A DNA stretch of 64,000 nt from Glaucostegus cemiculus (Eukaryota), in the NCBI GenBank assembly GCA_976551045.1, contig CDPCPM010000001.1:2232001-2296000 (forward strand), in the 5' to 3' direction. The translations under genes and the position numbers were made by a program. This document shows, one piece after another, positions 13,439 through 25,249 of the stretch; the first letter of the stretch is position 1; each line of letters starts with the position of its first letter. The notes beneath the pieces are model-generated. The model saw only the letters and a program-made list of their open reading frames with translations, had not been told where the DNA came from and made no database searches.

Positions 13439-13444
13439 TTTATT
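13439..13444 (-). terminator. Putative polyadenylation signal of NLR-A
   Basis: AATAAA on the minus strand followed by GT-rich CAGTTCAGTTCTGAGTT; conserved at 40313-40318 in NLR-B. Confidence 0.55.
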
Positions 13445-14173
13445 GCGTTCACCTTGCTGACTATAAACACTGAGTAACTTTCTGACGTATGGATACAACA
13501 ATCGCTTAAACTTCATTGCCATTCGCGCGCAATTAACAGACAAGCGACCATGAGCAGCATGTTGAGCAATCAGCCGCTTTTATCAACGTCATTCAGCACC
13601 AGAAGGAGTTGCTGGATGCTCTCTATGTTCCCTCCAATTAACAGCCTAATGATTGGAAATCACACTTCGGGGCCACCTCCGAGAACGCTGTAGGTCCAGG
13701 TTTATGTTCAGAGGTATTTTACAAACTATATCTACTCTGCACAGAGACTGCTGAAATATTGCGCCAGTGCCCACTTCCAAGGTGGCCAGGAAAGTTTGTA
13801 ATCCGGATAAATTCTTCCCGTCTCACTCAATGGCATCATTGGTGTCCCAGAGTGAGCCACACCCTGGACACTGAATGACATCACATTTGTCTAAGACTGA
13901 GCCTCAAACCGTACACTAATTGCCTCTACTCTTGTTCTGGACTCTGCAGCTCTCCGGACACGAAATGAGGTAACTCATGTTTCAGTCTCCTGGGACCTTC
14001 TTGTTTCGGTCTTCCCTCTGTGCCTCACTAGCCCCAGGTATCGGTGGTAGTGGTCGGGTCCCGCTCCGGCCGTTGGGATTTAAACCGGGAGCGCGCGCGC
14101 GTTTAACGTGGAGGGTGGGAAAACGGCCAAAAATATTCCCATGCTGCCGGCGGGATGTCTGTACACTGGGACG

Positions 14174-14267
14174 TCACAATTCGAACTCCACACTCAGTCC
14201 GGGTTTGGTTCCCTGCAGCGACTTCAGCTGATTCTCTCCATTTGAAGTGAACCGATTCCCTCGCAGC
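14174..14267 (-). pseudogene. NLR-A terminal LRR exon
   Basis: tttcag|G CTG... reads (W)LRGNRFTSNGENQLKSLQGTKPGLSVEFEL*. Confidence 0.85.
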
Positions 14268-14440
14268 CTGAAACAGAGTGAAGAATAAAGAGGGAATAAA
14301 GAGCTTACAGATTACTGTCAGTAACTGGGGTCTGGGGTTAATGTTTCAACAAAACTGACAGACAATGGTCACCGTAAAACCCCGCGTATCAACTGATATT
14401 TTATCACATTTTATCACATTAAATATGAATAATCACTAAC

Positions 14441-14608
14441 CAGATCCGCTCCAGACTCGGGTGGGACAAGATGAGATGGCGGAGAGCGGGGACAGATCCG
14501 TCTGTGATGTAGTTTGATCCCAGGCCCAGCCTCGTCAGTGAGCGGTTTGTACTGAGAGTGGGGGCGAGATCCTCAACACCAGAATCAGTGAGACCGTTCC
14601 TCCACAGC
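14441..14608 (-). pseudogene. NLR-A RI-type LRR exon (168 bp)
   Basis: LWRNGLTDSGVEDLAPTLSTNRSLTRLGLGSNYITDGSVPALRHLILSHPSLERIW; flanked by AG/GT. Confidence 0.9.
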
Positions 14609-14761
14609 CTGGAGATGAGAGAGTGAGAGTGAGGGACACTGAGAGACAGCAGATGGCGCAAATCCCCAGGGTTTATCAGTAACACAATTACTGACCACAT
14701 TAATGTCCAGTGTCAGACACCCAGTGACGGTAAACAGAATCTGTCACAGTCTGGAACTTAC

Positions 14762-14849
14762 CACAGTTTCTGTATTTTACACTCAGGGTCCTTCAGAGAC
14801 GCAGACACCAGTTTCACTTACCAAATCTCCCAGGTCGTTTTTCCCCAGT
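14762..14849 (-). pseudogene. NLR-A LRR exon (88 bp, +1 frameshift)
   Basis: LGKNDLGD/..VKLVSASLKDPECKIQKL; the paralogous exon in NLR-B is 87 bp and in frame. Confidence 0.85.
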
Positions 14850-15374
14850 CTAAACACAGGCAGTCAGATTGAGGAACTTATTCACACCCGTGGTTCAGTC
14901 AGAGGATAACAGGGTATAATGAGATATTACATGAGACACTACTGGACATTAATTACTAATTACACCCCCCTGCCCTCATTGCCCAGCTCCTGGTCACTCA
15001 CGGAATGTCAGCAATTTATTAAATAATGTGTTCTGTAAACTCTCCCCCTTCGGTCTTCGTGTGTGTGCGAGAGCGAACGGGAGATAATGGGCGGGGGAGG
15101 GGGGGAAGTCACCCACAAGCAGCGCGTTAGAAGGGGAGAACAGAACTACAACAGAGGGAGGTAAGAGAGTTACACTGAGGGGGATGGAGGGTGACTTCTC
15201 AGGGGATATGTGGAGGGGACAGAGGAGGCGCCGGGTGTCGGAGGACGCGCCGGTGGAAGGGGGAGAGGAGAAGGTGGACGCGCCGGGGACAGAGGACGAC
15301 ACTGGACGCGGCAGGGACCAGTGGAGCAGCAACTGTTGAGCGCTGGGAGCCGGGGGAGAGGGGACGGACGTGCC

Positions 15375-15835
15375 GGGGGTCTGGGGAAGGGGAAAGTGGA
15401 CGCCCGGGGTGTCGTAGGGCTGGCAGTCTCTCGTCGGGGGTCGTTGGGTGGGGACTGGACGAGCCGTGGTTCTGAGGAAGGGGACAGTGGACGCCCGGGG
15501 TGTCGCAGGGGTGGTAGTCTCTCGCCTTGGTCGGTGGATGGGGACTGGACGAGCCTGGGGTCTGAGGAAGGGGAGAGTGGACGCCCGGGGTATCGCAGGA
15601 GTGGCAGACTCTCGCCGGGGGTCGTTGGATGGGGACTGGACGAGCCTGGGGTCTGAGGAAGGGGAAAGTGGACGCCCGGGGTGTCGCTGTGGTGGCAGTC
15701 TCTTGCCGGGGGTCGGTGGATGGGGACTGGACGAGCCGGGGGTCTGAGGAAGGGGATAGTGGATGCCCGGGGTGTCGCAGGGGTGGCAGTCTCTCGCCGG
15801 GGGTCGGTGGATGGGGATTGGACGCGACGGGGTTC
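15375..15835. repeat. ~90-bp GC-rich intronic VNTR, ~5 copies
   Basis: TCTGAGGAAGGGGA.AGTGGACGCCCGGGGTGTCGC... starts near 15380, 15471, 15561, 15652 and 15743. Confidence 0.9.
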
Positions 15836-16211
15836 GACGGAGGAGTGGACGCGCCTTTGGTCGGGGCAGTGGGCAGTGACCTCGGCCGTGACAGGGAGAA
15901 GGAAAGCGGACGCCCCGGCGGTCGGAGGTTCGGGGTTATTGGTAGTCCCGGTGCCCGTTGGAGTGGGGCATTGAGCTAGTCGGCGGTCGGAAGAGGGCGA
16001 CTTTGGACGCGCAAGGGATCGGGGAAGGGAGACAATGTACGCCCCTAGGCGCGGGGAGGTGGACAGATGCCTCGCTGGGGTGGGGGCACAGTGTACGCGC
16101 CGATGTGAGGAGCAGGCGCAATGGACGCGCTGGGTGATGGAGGTAGGAGAGCTGAACCTGGGTCGGGGAGATGGGAGAGAGTTCCGCCGAGGGAAACAAA
16201 TGAACAGTTAC

Positions 16212-17944
16212 CCCAACTCCCGGCAATTGTGCAGCCCGGGTCCCAGCCGCTGGAGCCCTTCACACTGAATGAAGCAGCCCTGCAGGTTCAGGAGATTTAT
16301 TGTATCACGGAGCCCAATGACATGAGACAGGACGGCGCAGTCAATCGGGGTCAGTCGCAATCCCTGGAATGAAAGTGTCTCCACAGATCCCAGTGCGGTC
16401 TGAGACAGTCCACGGTTCTCAGCCTCAAACAGGTAGTGCAGTGTGTTCATGAGCCTCCTTCTACCATCTTCACTTCTTGTGTTCCCAATCTGACGGTTCA
16501 CCTCCTCCTTCACCCAGTCAATCACTTGGCAGGTTGTTTGATGGGGAAATGGACACAGAAACTCCTCCAGCCGCCGAGCTGACCAGGTAGAGGAGAGACC
16601 AGCAACAGAACGGAGAAATACCTCAAATCGCCTGTCTGTCGTGCTGTGGGATTCAGTGAGGAGTTTCAGGATATCCCCGGGATCTAGAGTCAGGAATTGT
16701 GCGATTGCGGCGACAAACCCTTGGATGGTGAAGTGTGGGAATGTGTACACCACGCTCCGGGCACAATATCCCCAAAAGTTCCACCAGCAACCCGAACAGG
16801 AACTGGGAAGGCTGCAGATTGTACTTGATCAAATCTCCATCTGTAAATGCAATCTTCCTCTCGGCCACTCCTGTGAAGGCCATCGGACCAACCCACAGTA
16901 GCACATCACGGTGGTTTTCAATCTCACTGCAGTGGTTTTTCAGGATGTTGTAAATATAGTAGGAACACAGTTCGGTGATGGTCTTGGGAACTCGCTGCGG
17001 GTCCCTGTGTCTCTGTTTGAAGAAGGAGCCCAGTGCCAGACAGAGGATCCAGCAGTTGGAAGGGTTGTAGCTCATGATGTACAGGATCTCGTTCTCCTCC
17101 ACGTGTTTGAAAACAGCTGCTGCCACCGACTGATGTTCAAAAACCCTGCGGAAATATTCCTTCCGTTCCTCATCAACAAATCCTAGGATTTCGGCCCAGA
17201 CGCTGATCTCCGCCTTTTCCAATAAATGTAACGCAGTGGGGCGGGTGGTCACCAGCACTGAACACCCTGGGAGCAGCTTGTGCTGGATTAAACTGTACAC
17301 AATGTCAGACACTTCACACCTGCTCTCGGGATCTGTGAACAGGTGCTGGGGTTCTGTGTCTCTCCGACTGTCAGTAAAATCGATTCTGTGCCTGAATTCA
17401 TCCAGACCATCGAATACAAAGAGTAATCCCTCAGGATTCTTCCAGACCTCTCCCAGAGCATTGCCAAAGTAAGGATACTAATCCAGAATAAATTCCTTCA
17501 GTGTTATTCTGCAGTTAATGGCGTTTAAATCCTGAAATTTGAAACTGAAGACAAACTGGAAGTGTTGGTATATTTTCCCCGTGGCCCAGTCGGAAATAAT
17601 CTTTTGCACCATTATTGTTTTCCCGATCCCCCGATCACCGGCCACTGCTGTCGAAATCCCAGATATGGATTTACTCCGGGAAAAGCAGCTTTTGAACAAT
17701 TGATAAATCCGGACTTTTTCTTGCTGTCTGCGGAGATGTTTCTCTCTCCACTCTTCATGGTCTCGGCGTCTTGCCATTAGCTCATTTTCCACAAGTGTCC
17801 GATCCTGAACAGTGGAAATGACTGTGAGCTCAGCGTATTGATCAACCAGCAGGAAAACCTTCACCTTCTCCCTCATCAGGATCGTGTTCACTCTCCGTGC
17901 TTCAGTCTGTGCCCACAGAGTCTCCTTGTGTTTCTGCTGAACAT
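16212..17944 (-). pseudogene. NLR-A FISNA-like + NACHT + HD exon
   Basis: DVQQKHKETL...YAELTVI; Walker A GDRGIGKT; Walker B LLFVFDGLDE; VLVTTRP sensor; YTFPHFTIQGF; TPIDCAVL; ends CRELG|gtaact. Confidence 0.95.
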
Positions 17945-18539
17945 CTGCAATGGAGACAGGCAGAAATGGTCAAAGGATTTGATGGTCTAAGTCAAAACTC
18001 AGTATTTAAGATTAAATGAATTAATTTTTGCTCTTGAATTCACCAATGGTTCACAGTGCATAAATTTAAACAGTTACAGACACGCGAGTCGAAAGTGAGC
18101 AATGGCTGAAAAAAGTCACACCCTCACATTTGGAAATTGAATGCTGTCAGGGGTACGTTCCCCTGATGATTCACTCATAATATCTGACCTTCGTTACCAA
18201 CTCCCACTGCAACCCCACAGCCATATTTCTTTTCATGTGGAACACATGCGGACAACACCAGTGTTGATAATGGAAAGCCTGCAGTGGGGATTTGTTGACA
18301 CTGTTAACAAATAAACACAATCACACTGTAACTGTTTCAAAGTAAAAACGTAATGTGGCGGAAATACTCACAGATCTGGCAACCTCTGTTGAGGTTGAGA
18401 GACAGAAAGAGTGAAAGAGCAAGAGAGAGAGTGTGCGACAGAGAGATTAAAGTTATTGGTCTCCTAGTTTTATTCGAATTAGAAGGTGGAAATCCAACGT
18501 CTCTTCGGACACAAAGAAGGGGGACCATTGGAGAGACCG

Positions 18540-19200
18540 GATGAGGTATATGAAGAAAGAGGTCCGGCAAGCCTGCATGCACGTCGATAGGAGGAGTAAA
18601 TCAACTGGGCAGCGTCGAAGGAGAAAGGACAAAACAACTGGTTGAATATTCCAGGTTGACGACCTGTCATCTGAAGAAAAGATCTGGCATAGAATGAGAA
18701 GACTGGATATCTGGAAATGCTGTGTTCAATGTTGAGCTCAGAGAGCTGTCATATTCATTTTGGGGAGACAAGGTGCTGTTCCTTCTCTCAAGCTGGGGTA
18801 GTTTGCCAGGTTAAAGTCAAAAGTGACTGTGTGGGTATGCAAGGAGCATTGAAGTGGAATACAATGGAAAGTTCAGAATCACCTTCATTAACTTTCAGGG
18901 GGGCGGCGAGAGCGAGTTATGTTGTAACTTAGTCACCACCCTCCTTTTGTAGCAGAGATCACATCATGAGAGCCCATTAATCAATTATACGAAGTGCATG
19001 TGAAACCCTGTTTCACCAGGAAGATGGGTCTTCCCCTGAATGGTTGGAAGGGAAGAGGTAAAAGAACAAGAAAGGTGCTGAACGAAGGGGAGTCAATGTT
19101 AATTACAGAGGGAACTGTCCCTTCTGAATCATGAATGGAGAGGGAAGGGGAAATGTGTCTGGTGATGACCTCACATTTCCGGCGGTGGCTGTTGCTTCAC
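18540..19200 (-). mobile_element. Highly degenerate Penelope-like fragment
   Basis: GAAGTGCATGTGAAACCCTGTTTCACCAGGAAG resembles the reverse of the PLE GIY-YIG region also seen near 25910 and 44870. Confidence 0.5.
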
Positions 19201-21525
19201 GCCTCGGGCAGATTATCTGAGGCACTGTGTGAGTGGACAGGGGATCCACTGGGGCAGTGTAGGTGAAAAGTTTTGTTAGATGGGTATTCTGGTCACTGTA
19301 AGAGGAAGAACCAACAGATTTGTTTCACCGAGTATTCCATTTGTGCCTCAGCTGAGTTCCTGATATCGTATCAACCTTACTGTGAGACCCGTCCAGCTCC
19401 ACCTCCGTCACATCTTCCCTCCTGCCCTGTGCCTGGTGCTTCAACCACCTGATCATCCATTCATTCCTGTTGGAGTGCTCTGTCCTTGGTGTCGGACTCG
19501 TCCCCTCAAGCCTCATCTTATCTTAAGCGCTAGTGACTGTCCCCCAACTCTCATCAGTTTCCGTTCACCCAGCATCCCCACGCTTCTCCTTGCTTTGTCC
19601 ACCAACCCATATTATCCTGTTTAAAAATCTTCATTTCAGTTCATGAACCATTTCAAATCCACCGTGTTTCTGTTTCCTGCTCCGGCGGGCGCCCCTCAGA
19701 GCCACTGAACCAATGAAGCTGTGCCTATCAGCTTCCGAGGGTCAAAGGCCGACGCCCCCTCTCCGCCCAGCACCTGCTCACGTCTTCGCAGACTCCACTT
19801 TATCAGTTAATCTGGAACATCGTCTGGAATTCCGGATCTGGTTAAATACGAGGAATTTCAGGACTGGTAGAATTTCTGTGAAGTATTTCATTTAATTCGA
19901 CAGCCACTGTATCATTGGAAAATCTTCCTGCTAAACAAGGAGAGAATTTAGGTCGAAGGCAGCCTGAAGTTTATTGTGTTTGACGAAGAGACTGGGCACA
20001 TTTTTAAATGTTATAAATGGAATTCCCTATATTGGAGGAAGAAGCAAACAAGCCCACCATTCCCAATGTAGTTAGTGGACTTCACAACAGCAGAATCACG
20101 AGGGCAATTTAGGCCAGATCACTGGAGGTGTTTCAGGAGTAGATAGATAGGCATCTAATTAGTCAAGGTATCAAGGGATACGGAGGTAAGGCCGGAAATT
20201 GAGGTTAGAATAGTTTTTGTTCTCTTCTCCCCCACCCCACCTCTCATTTGTTTTTTTTTTCTTTTCCGTTCTCTTTGGGGCAGATTCGATGCGCCGACAG
20301 GCCCAGTTCTGCTCCCTTGTTTTGTGATCTTATGAAATAAGGGATAGCTGACCTGGAATGGTTGAGCTGACACCGACATGTCGGAGACATGTTAAATGGG
20401 AACAAGCAGTAGGTATTTCGTGTGCCCGGGCCCTCCCACCGGTGCCTGTGTTTGCCCTGTGCATCAGGAGCCTACCACGGGTGTGTGGACTCCCAGATAT
20501 CTGGAGTTACCAGCTATATATGCGGTTTGGCAGTGTATCAGGATTTTGGTCGGAGTATTCCAACATATTCTGCAAATATGAAACCTTCCAAACTCTTGAG
20601 CAGACACGCTGCACCAAACTCCATTTACACAGACATCTTGCGTTAACTGATGGACGTCAGCTTCCCGCCCAGAATGTCCCGGTTTGGTTAATCGTACGGT
20701 TATTTGTCGATTTCTACAAACCTTCCCTTGGTCCTTCTTCTCTCCAACCTCACAACTCTCGGTTTGTCCGCAGTAATTCACATCTCTTGCAACTGCTAAG
20801 TTTCCATCACACAACAGCGGCACACGTGCATTTCAGCTTCTGTCGACTGAGCTCAGGGTGTTGTCCCTCCCCCATGTCACCCTCAACAAATCTGTCTCCT
20901 GATGGACTTCCCAGGATTGGTGAGATGGGAATTATACTGTATGACTGTGGTCCTGTTCGTACTGAGGGTCTGCTAAAATGATCAGGGCGCAGTTTATTTT
21001 CTGTTTGAAGGTTGAAAACATTAGCTGCGGTGTTACCTGCTCTTCTAACTATAGGGAATCTGTTCCTGTTCATCTGTGACCGAAACTTGAAGAGACGCCC
21101 GACCCTAAGAAATGCTGCTCTGAAGGAACTGAGGTGGTTTAGAAAACGATTTAAGGTGAGGGCCGTTTGGGATGGGTGATGGGGAGACATTTGACTTCTG
21201 TGCGAAGAAATTTCCCACTTTCTCCCTCCTCCAGATCCGCCGCCTTGTCCGTCCCCAGCATGAATCGCTCTGATCCTGGCGAAGGAAGCTGCAGGTAAAG
21301 GCTCCAGAGAGGCGTGATCCCTTTCCTCAAGCTCCGCAACTCTCTGCCCCATTCCTCATAATCATGCCTCTTGAATGGTCTCCCATCAGCAGTTCATTTT
21401 CCACGTGTCCCACTGTGTGCTGTGACACAGTGGAAGCATTTACCTCATCAAACGCCCATGGCTCATCAACATAATGGCGCTGCACAAATATCAACCGTGG
21501 TTGAAATAGATGTTACTTCCCTTAC

Positions 21526-21591
21526 CTATCAGCTCACTGGACACCCCCGGTAAACCTTGTAAAATGTTTGCTCCATCGCACAGGATACAGC
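21526..21591 (-). pseudogene. NLR-A 66-bp linker exon (acceptor reads AC)
   Basis: CILCDGANILQGLPGVSSELI G|gtaag; same length and phase as 47866-47931. Confidence 0.65.
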
Positions 21592-21690
21592 GTGTTTCAA
21601 TGTGAAAAATTTGAGGAAATCAGATGTGTAAATTTGTAAAGCATGTAGTGTTTGTATTCAGAATTGAAATCCGATCAGATATTATCTCAT

Positions 21691-21862
21691 GATATTCCTG
21701 TATTTCTTTCAGTATTTTGTCCAACTTTGAGACCCCATTCCGCATTTTCACAAAGGCTTCCCACATCACCCTCCAGGCTCGGTAACCTTTCTCCGCCACG
21801 TGGTTCAGGAGGAGTTTGGTACTGTCCGCCCGCTCTCCCTTGTCAGCGAGCTCAATAACTTT
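21691..21862 (-). pseudogene. NLR-A death-fold/CARD-like exon 2 (172 bp)
   Basis: KVIELADKGERADSTKLLLNHVAEKGYRAWRVMWEAFVKMRNGVSKLDKILKEIQEY; homologous to 48029-48200; donor position reads ATGAG. Confidence 0.85.
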
Positions 21863-22797
21863 CTGCGAAGAGTAACAAGGAATATGTTGATGACTGACAG
21901 AATCACTTAAAGAACGAGAGAAAATGATGTGCCGTGATGGGCTCACACTGAGCAGCCACCGGGATGGATGCTGATCTTGTCTGAACATGGACTGTATATT
22001 CTGGGAGCAGACCGCGGGGAAGGACATTCAACCTCGTGCCTGTTGCACCAGTCAGCGAGACGCTGGCTGGTCTGGGACCACTTCGGTGATGTGACTCCAA
22101 ACCTTAAATGCTGGGAAATAATATATCGCGGGGTTATAGTGTCAAACAAAATTCAGAAAATAATGATCGCAGTTGAAGAAAGAAGTTGGGAGGATATTTC
22201 TAAGAGAGTAGACCGCCTTAGCGAAGCTGCAGAAAAGATGACGTGATTCATTGCCTCAGCACATTCCACCCGTGTCCATCATGACCGCGGATGACTGGCT
22301 GAAAGACAATACTATATTTTTCCTTTTCACGAGGAGGTTTATTCAATGATTGTAGCATAACGTTATTGCAATGTTGCAGAATTCCACGTTTCACACTGAG
22401 TACAGTTTTCAATTCTGACACAATAATCTCCACCCATAACACTCAAGCACCTGTGGCACCCTCAAATGCTCTCCCAGTTCTCACTGGTATCCTGCTGTTG
22501 TACTGCACGATCTTCCCAAACCAAAGTTTCCCATCATATTTCCGTTTAAACTATTCTTTTAAGCTCACACAGACTTCACCTGCTCCTCTCAATCTGAACA
22601 TTGAGCAGCGACCAGCAGTCCACGGGATATTATCAGCCCATTTTATCATTGCTTCAGATTCATATTTTCCGTTTTGTACAGTTATTCCCCAGTTATTTGT
22701 TTTCCTACTTTAACATCTGACGGCTCTGATCTCCGACATCCCATCAACCCTGTGATGTTTGCATAACCCGAACTCAGTCTCTCTCCCTCTCACTCAC

Positions 22798-22964
22798 CCG
22801 ATGTTCCCGACTACTGAACTGATTCTCATACGTTAACGCCAAGCTGACTCCGTGCACTCCTCCTTCCATCGCCTGTTGCAGCCTGTCCCAGTAGAAATCC
22901 GTCAACTGCAGCAGCTTGATATCGTTCCACTCTGCCAGGAGCTCGGTGAGCTCCAAGGCCGAAC
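22798..22964 (-). pseudogene. NLR-A death-fold/CARD-like exon 1 (167 bp)
   Basis: SALELTELLAEWNDIKLLQLTDFYWDRLQQAMEGGVHGVSLALTYENQFSSREHR; AG/GT; homologous to 52115-52281. Confidence 0.85.
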
Positions 22965-23439
22965 CTGTGAAGGAAATGGAGAAAACTAAAAGCATTGTCG
23001 ACCTCCGTTTGGGCAGCAACATTCTCACTGGAACGAAAAGACCGGGCTGCCGTGCGTCACGTCACCAAACACAACCCGAAACATACATAGTCACAACATC
23101 TGTGGGATTTCACTGTTCTACATTCTCGAAACTGAACGAAGGCCTTTCATCTAAACCATTCCACTCCCTCCTCAATCAACTTTGGTGTCACTCGCTTCAC
23201 ACCAATTCCACCCGCATTGGCCCAGTTCAGCAATTTTCTTTCAACGGGTGAAGGGTGCTACAGTAATTTGCTGCAGAATCCGTCGAGGTGGAGGTGGTTT
23301 TGAACGGCTTTTCTCAAAGAAAATGCAGAGCGAAATTCAAGATAGTGTACTGGCTAGTCTGACACTGGTGGTGTGAATAATTCGAGAATTTGGCAGAAGC
23401 TGCAATCTGGAAGAGTCGGACAAAATCTGGAAGAGTCGG

Positions 23440-24480
23440 ACAAATTCAACAATGATTTGTAAAATGGGAATCACGCTGACTGAATCCACTAGAATGTCTT
23501 AATAATGTTCAGTGAGATCCCACTTTAGAGATCAGCAGGCAAAGTTGAAGTACATGGGCTTCTGGGTAAGAAGTGCATGGGCTTTGGTTGGTCGACAGGA
23601 CATAGAGTAGGAAATGGGCCAAATGGTCGGCAGTGACATGTGGGGAACCAACGGAATTTCTGCCAGGGTCCCAGTTATTCAAAATAGATGTTAATCATTT
23701 GCATGCTGGAATTAAACGCAACATCTCCAAGTTTGAAGAAGACCAAAATCTGGATGCGAAAGTGATTATTGAAGAGGATGCAGAGATGCTGCCGGTTGAT
23801 CTGAACTGGTTGAGGAAGTTAACAAATACATGGTAGATACAAATATGACAGTGCACTTTGGTAGCAATGGCGTGATGGCCGATTATCTGAATGGTTGTAT
23901 CTGAGAAAGGAGATGCAGTGAGACTCGGGTGTCAGTATTCGTCCGTCGATGAAGGTAATCGTGCATCAGGGAACAAAGAAAGCCAATGTTATCCTGTCCA
24001 ACAGAAGGAGACGATTCGAGTGCGGGAACAGGGCTGCCTTGCAGAAATTAAGTTGGGTCCTGTTGAGACCGCACCTTGAGTATTGTGTGCAGTTTTGGTC
24101 TCCTTATCCGAAGAAGAAGTTCTTGCTATGAAGGGAGACAGCAAAAGTTCACCGGACTGTTTACCGGGATGACAGGACTGATGTGAGAAAATGAATAGAG
24201 ACAATTAGGCTTGAAGGCATTCGCGTTTAGAAAAGAAGAGAGGGTCGTTCAGATAAACCTGCGCAATTCTGAAGGAAACGACCAGAATGGATGCAGAAGG
24301 ATGTTCCTGCTGGCGGGTAGATGAGGTCCAAGGGTAATAGTCGAAGGAAAACGGGAAACCGCAAAAGTAAGACGAAGTGAACTTGTAGATTTCTCCACCA
24401 CAGGGAACAGTTGAAGATAGATCATTAAATATATTCAACAAGTAGTTAGGTATTGCCCGGCCTTGGAGAGTTCAAGCAAA
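23440..24480 (+). mobile_element. Old CR1 LINE fragment (RT to C-terminus)
   Basis: IKRNISKFEED (degenerate FADD) and LRPHLEYCVQFWSPY. Confidence 0.8.
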
Positions 24481-25249
24481 ATGGGTAGAAAACTGGATTA
24501 TGGACGGCAGTAGTGCGTGTTGGAGCTGGCTCAGAGCATTGAATGACACACTGCTGCTCCTGTTTTCTAGGGTTCTGGTTACACAGTTCGGCATTTCTTC
24601 TGTAATGGACTGGAACTGCTGTTCTCTGCTCACTTCGAGTGGGCACCATCACGGCAGCTGGGGCCTTCAACTAATGGAGTTAAAACAGACATACCGCTAT
24701 CTGTAAAGATGAACGTGAGGCCTCACACCTGGCCCACCACACCGAAGGAAATCCCCGCCCTCACAGTCTGACCTCCATGTGATTCCAGACTCACCAAGGC
24801 AGTTGATGCCGAACTGTCCTGTAACATGACCCAACATGTCACTAAGTTCAGTGAAGTAGCTGGGTAATAACTGACGGAATTGCCAGCAACAAATTGCTCT
24901 CACCAATGTTAACAAAAATGTATGTTCTGTGCCATTTGTTCCTCTGGTACAATATCATGTTACAAACCTCACTGTTATGTTTTTAATTCTTGGTGCATTG
25001 ACTCAGGGACAAGAGATTCCAGACATTATCTTGGCATCAGACCACAAACCTCCAGTTACCTCTAATTACTTGCACGTATTTTCCTCTCGTGCAACAATTT
25101 TCCTGCCCCACAACATCCTTCATGAATAGACCAAATACAATACTTCTCCTGGGTATCACATCCCATCCCCACTGATGACCAGTCGCAATTTGCAACAAAG
25201 ATTGGAGCTATTCTAAATGCTACTGCTGAACACAACACCCCTGGATTGA

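Noticed and set aside
15191-15979. Gly/Arg-rich repeated ORFs
   Set aside because: Translation of the intronic 90-bp VNTR.
16212-17944. Intact functional NLRP3/NLRC3 ortholog
   Set aside because: It has an internal stop and a frameshift, and it belongs to a lineage-expanded family, so no gene symbol is justified.
23404-23445. 20-bp direct duplication AATCTGGAAGAGTCGGACAA
   Set aside because: Simple local tandem duplication with no further structure.
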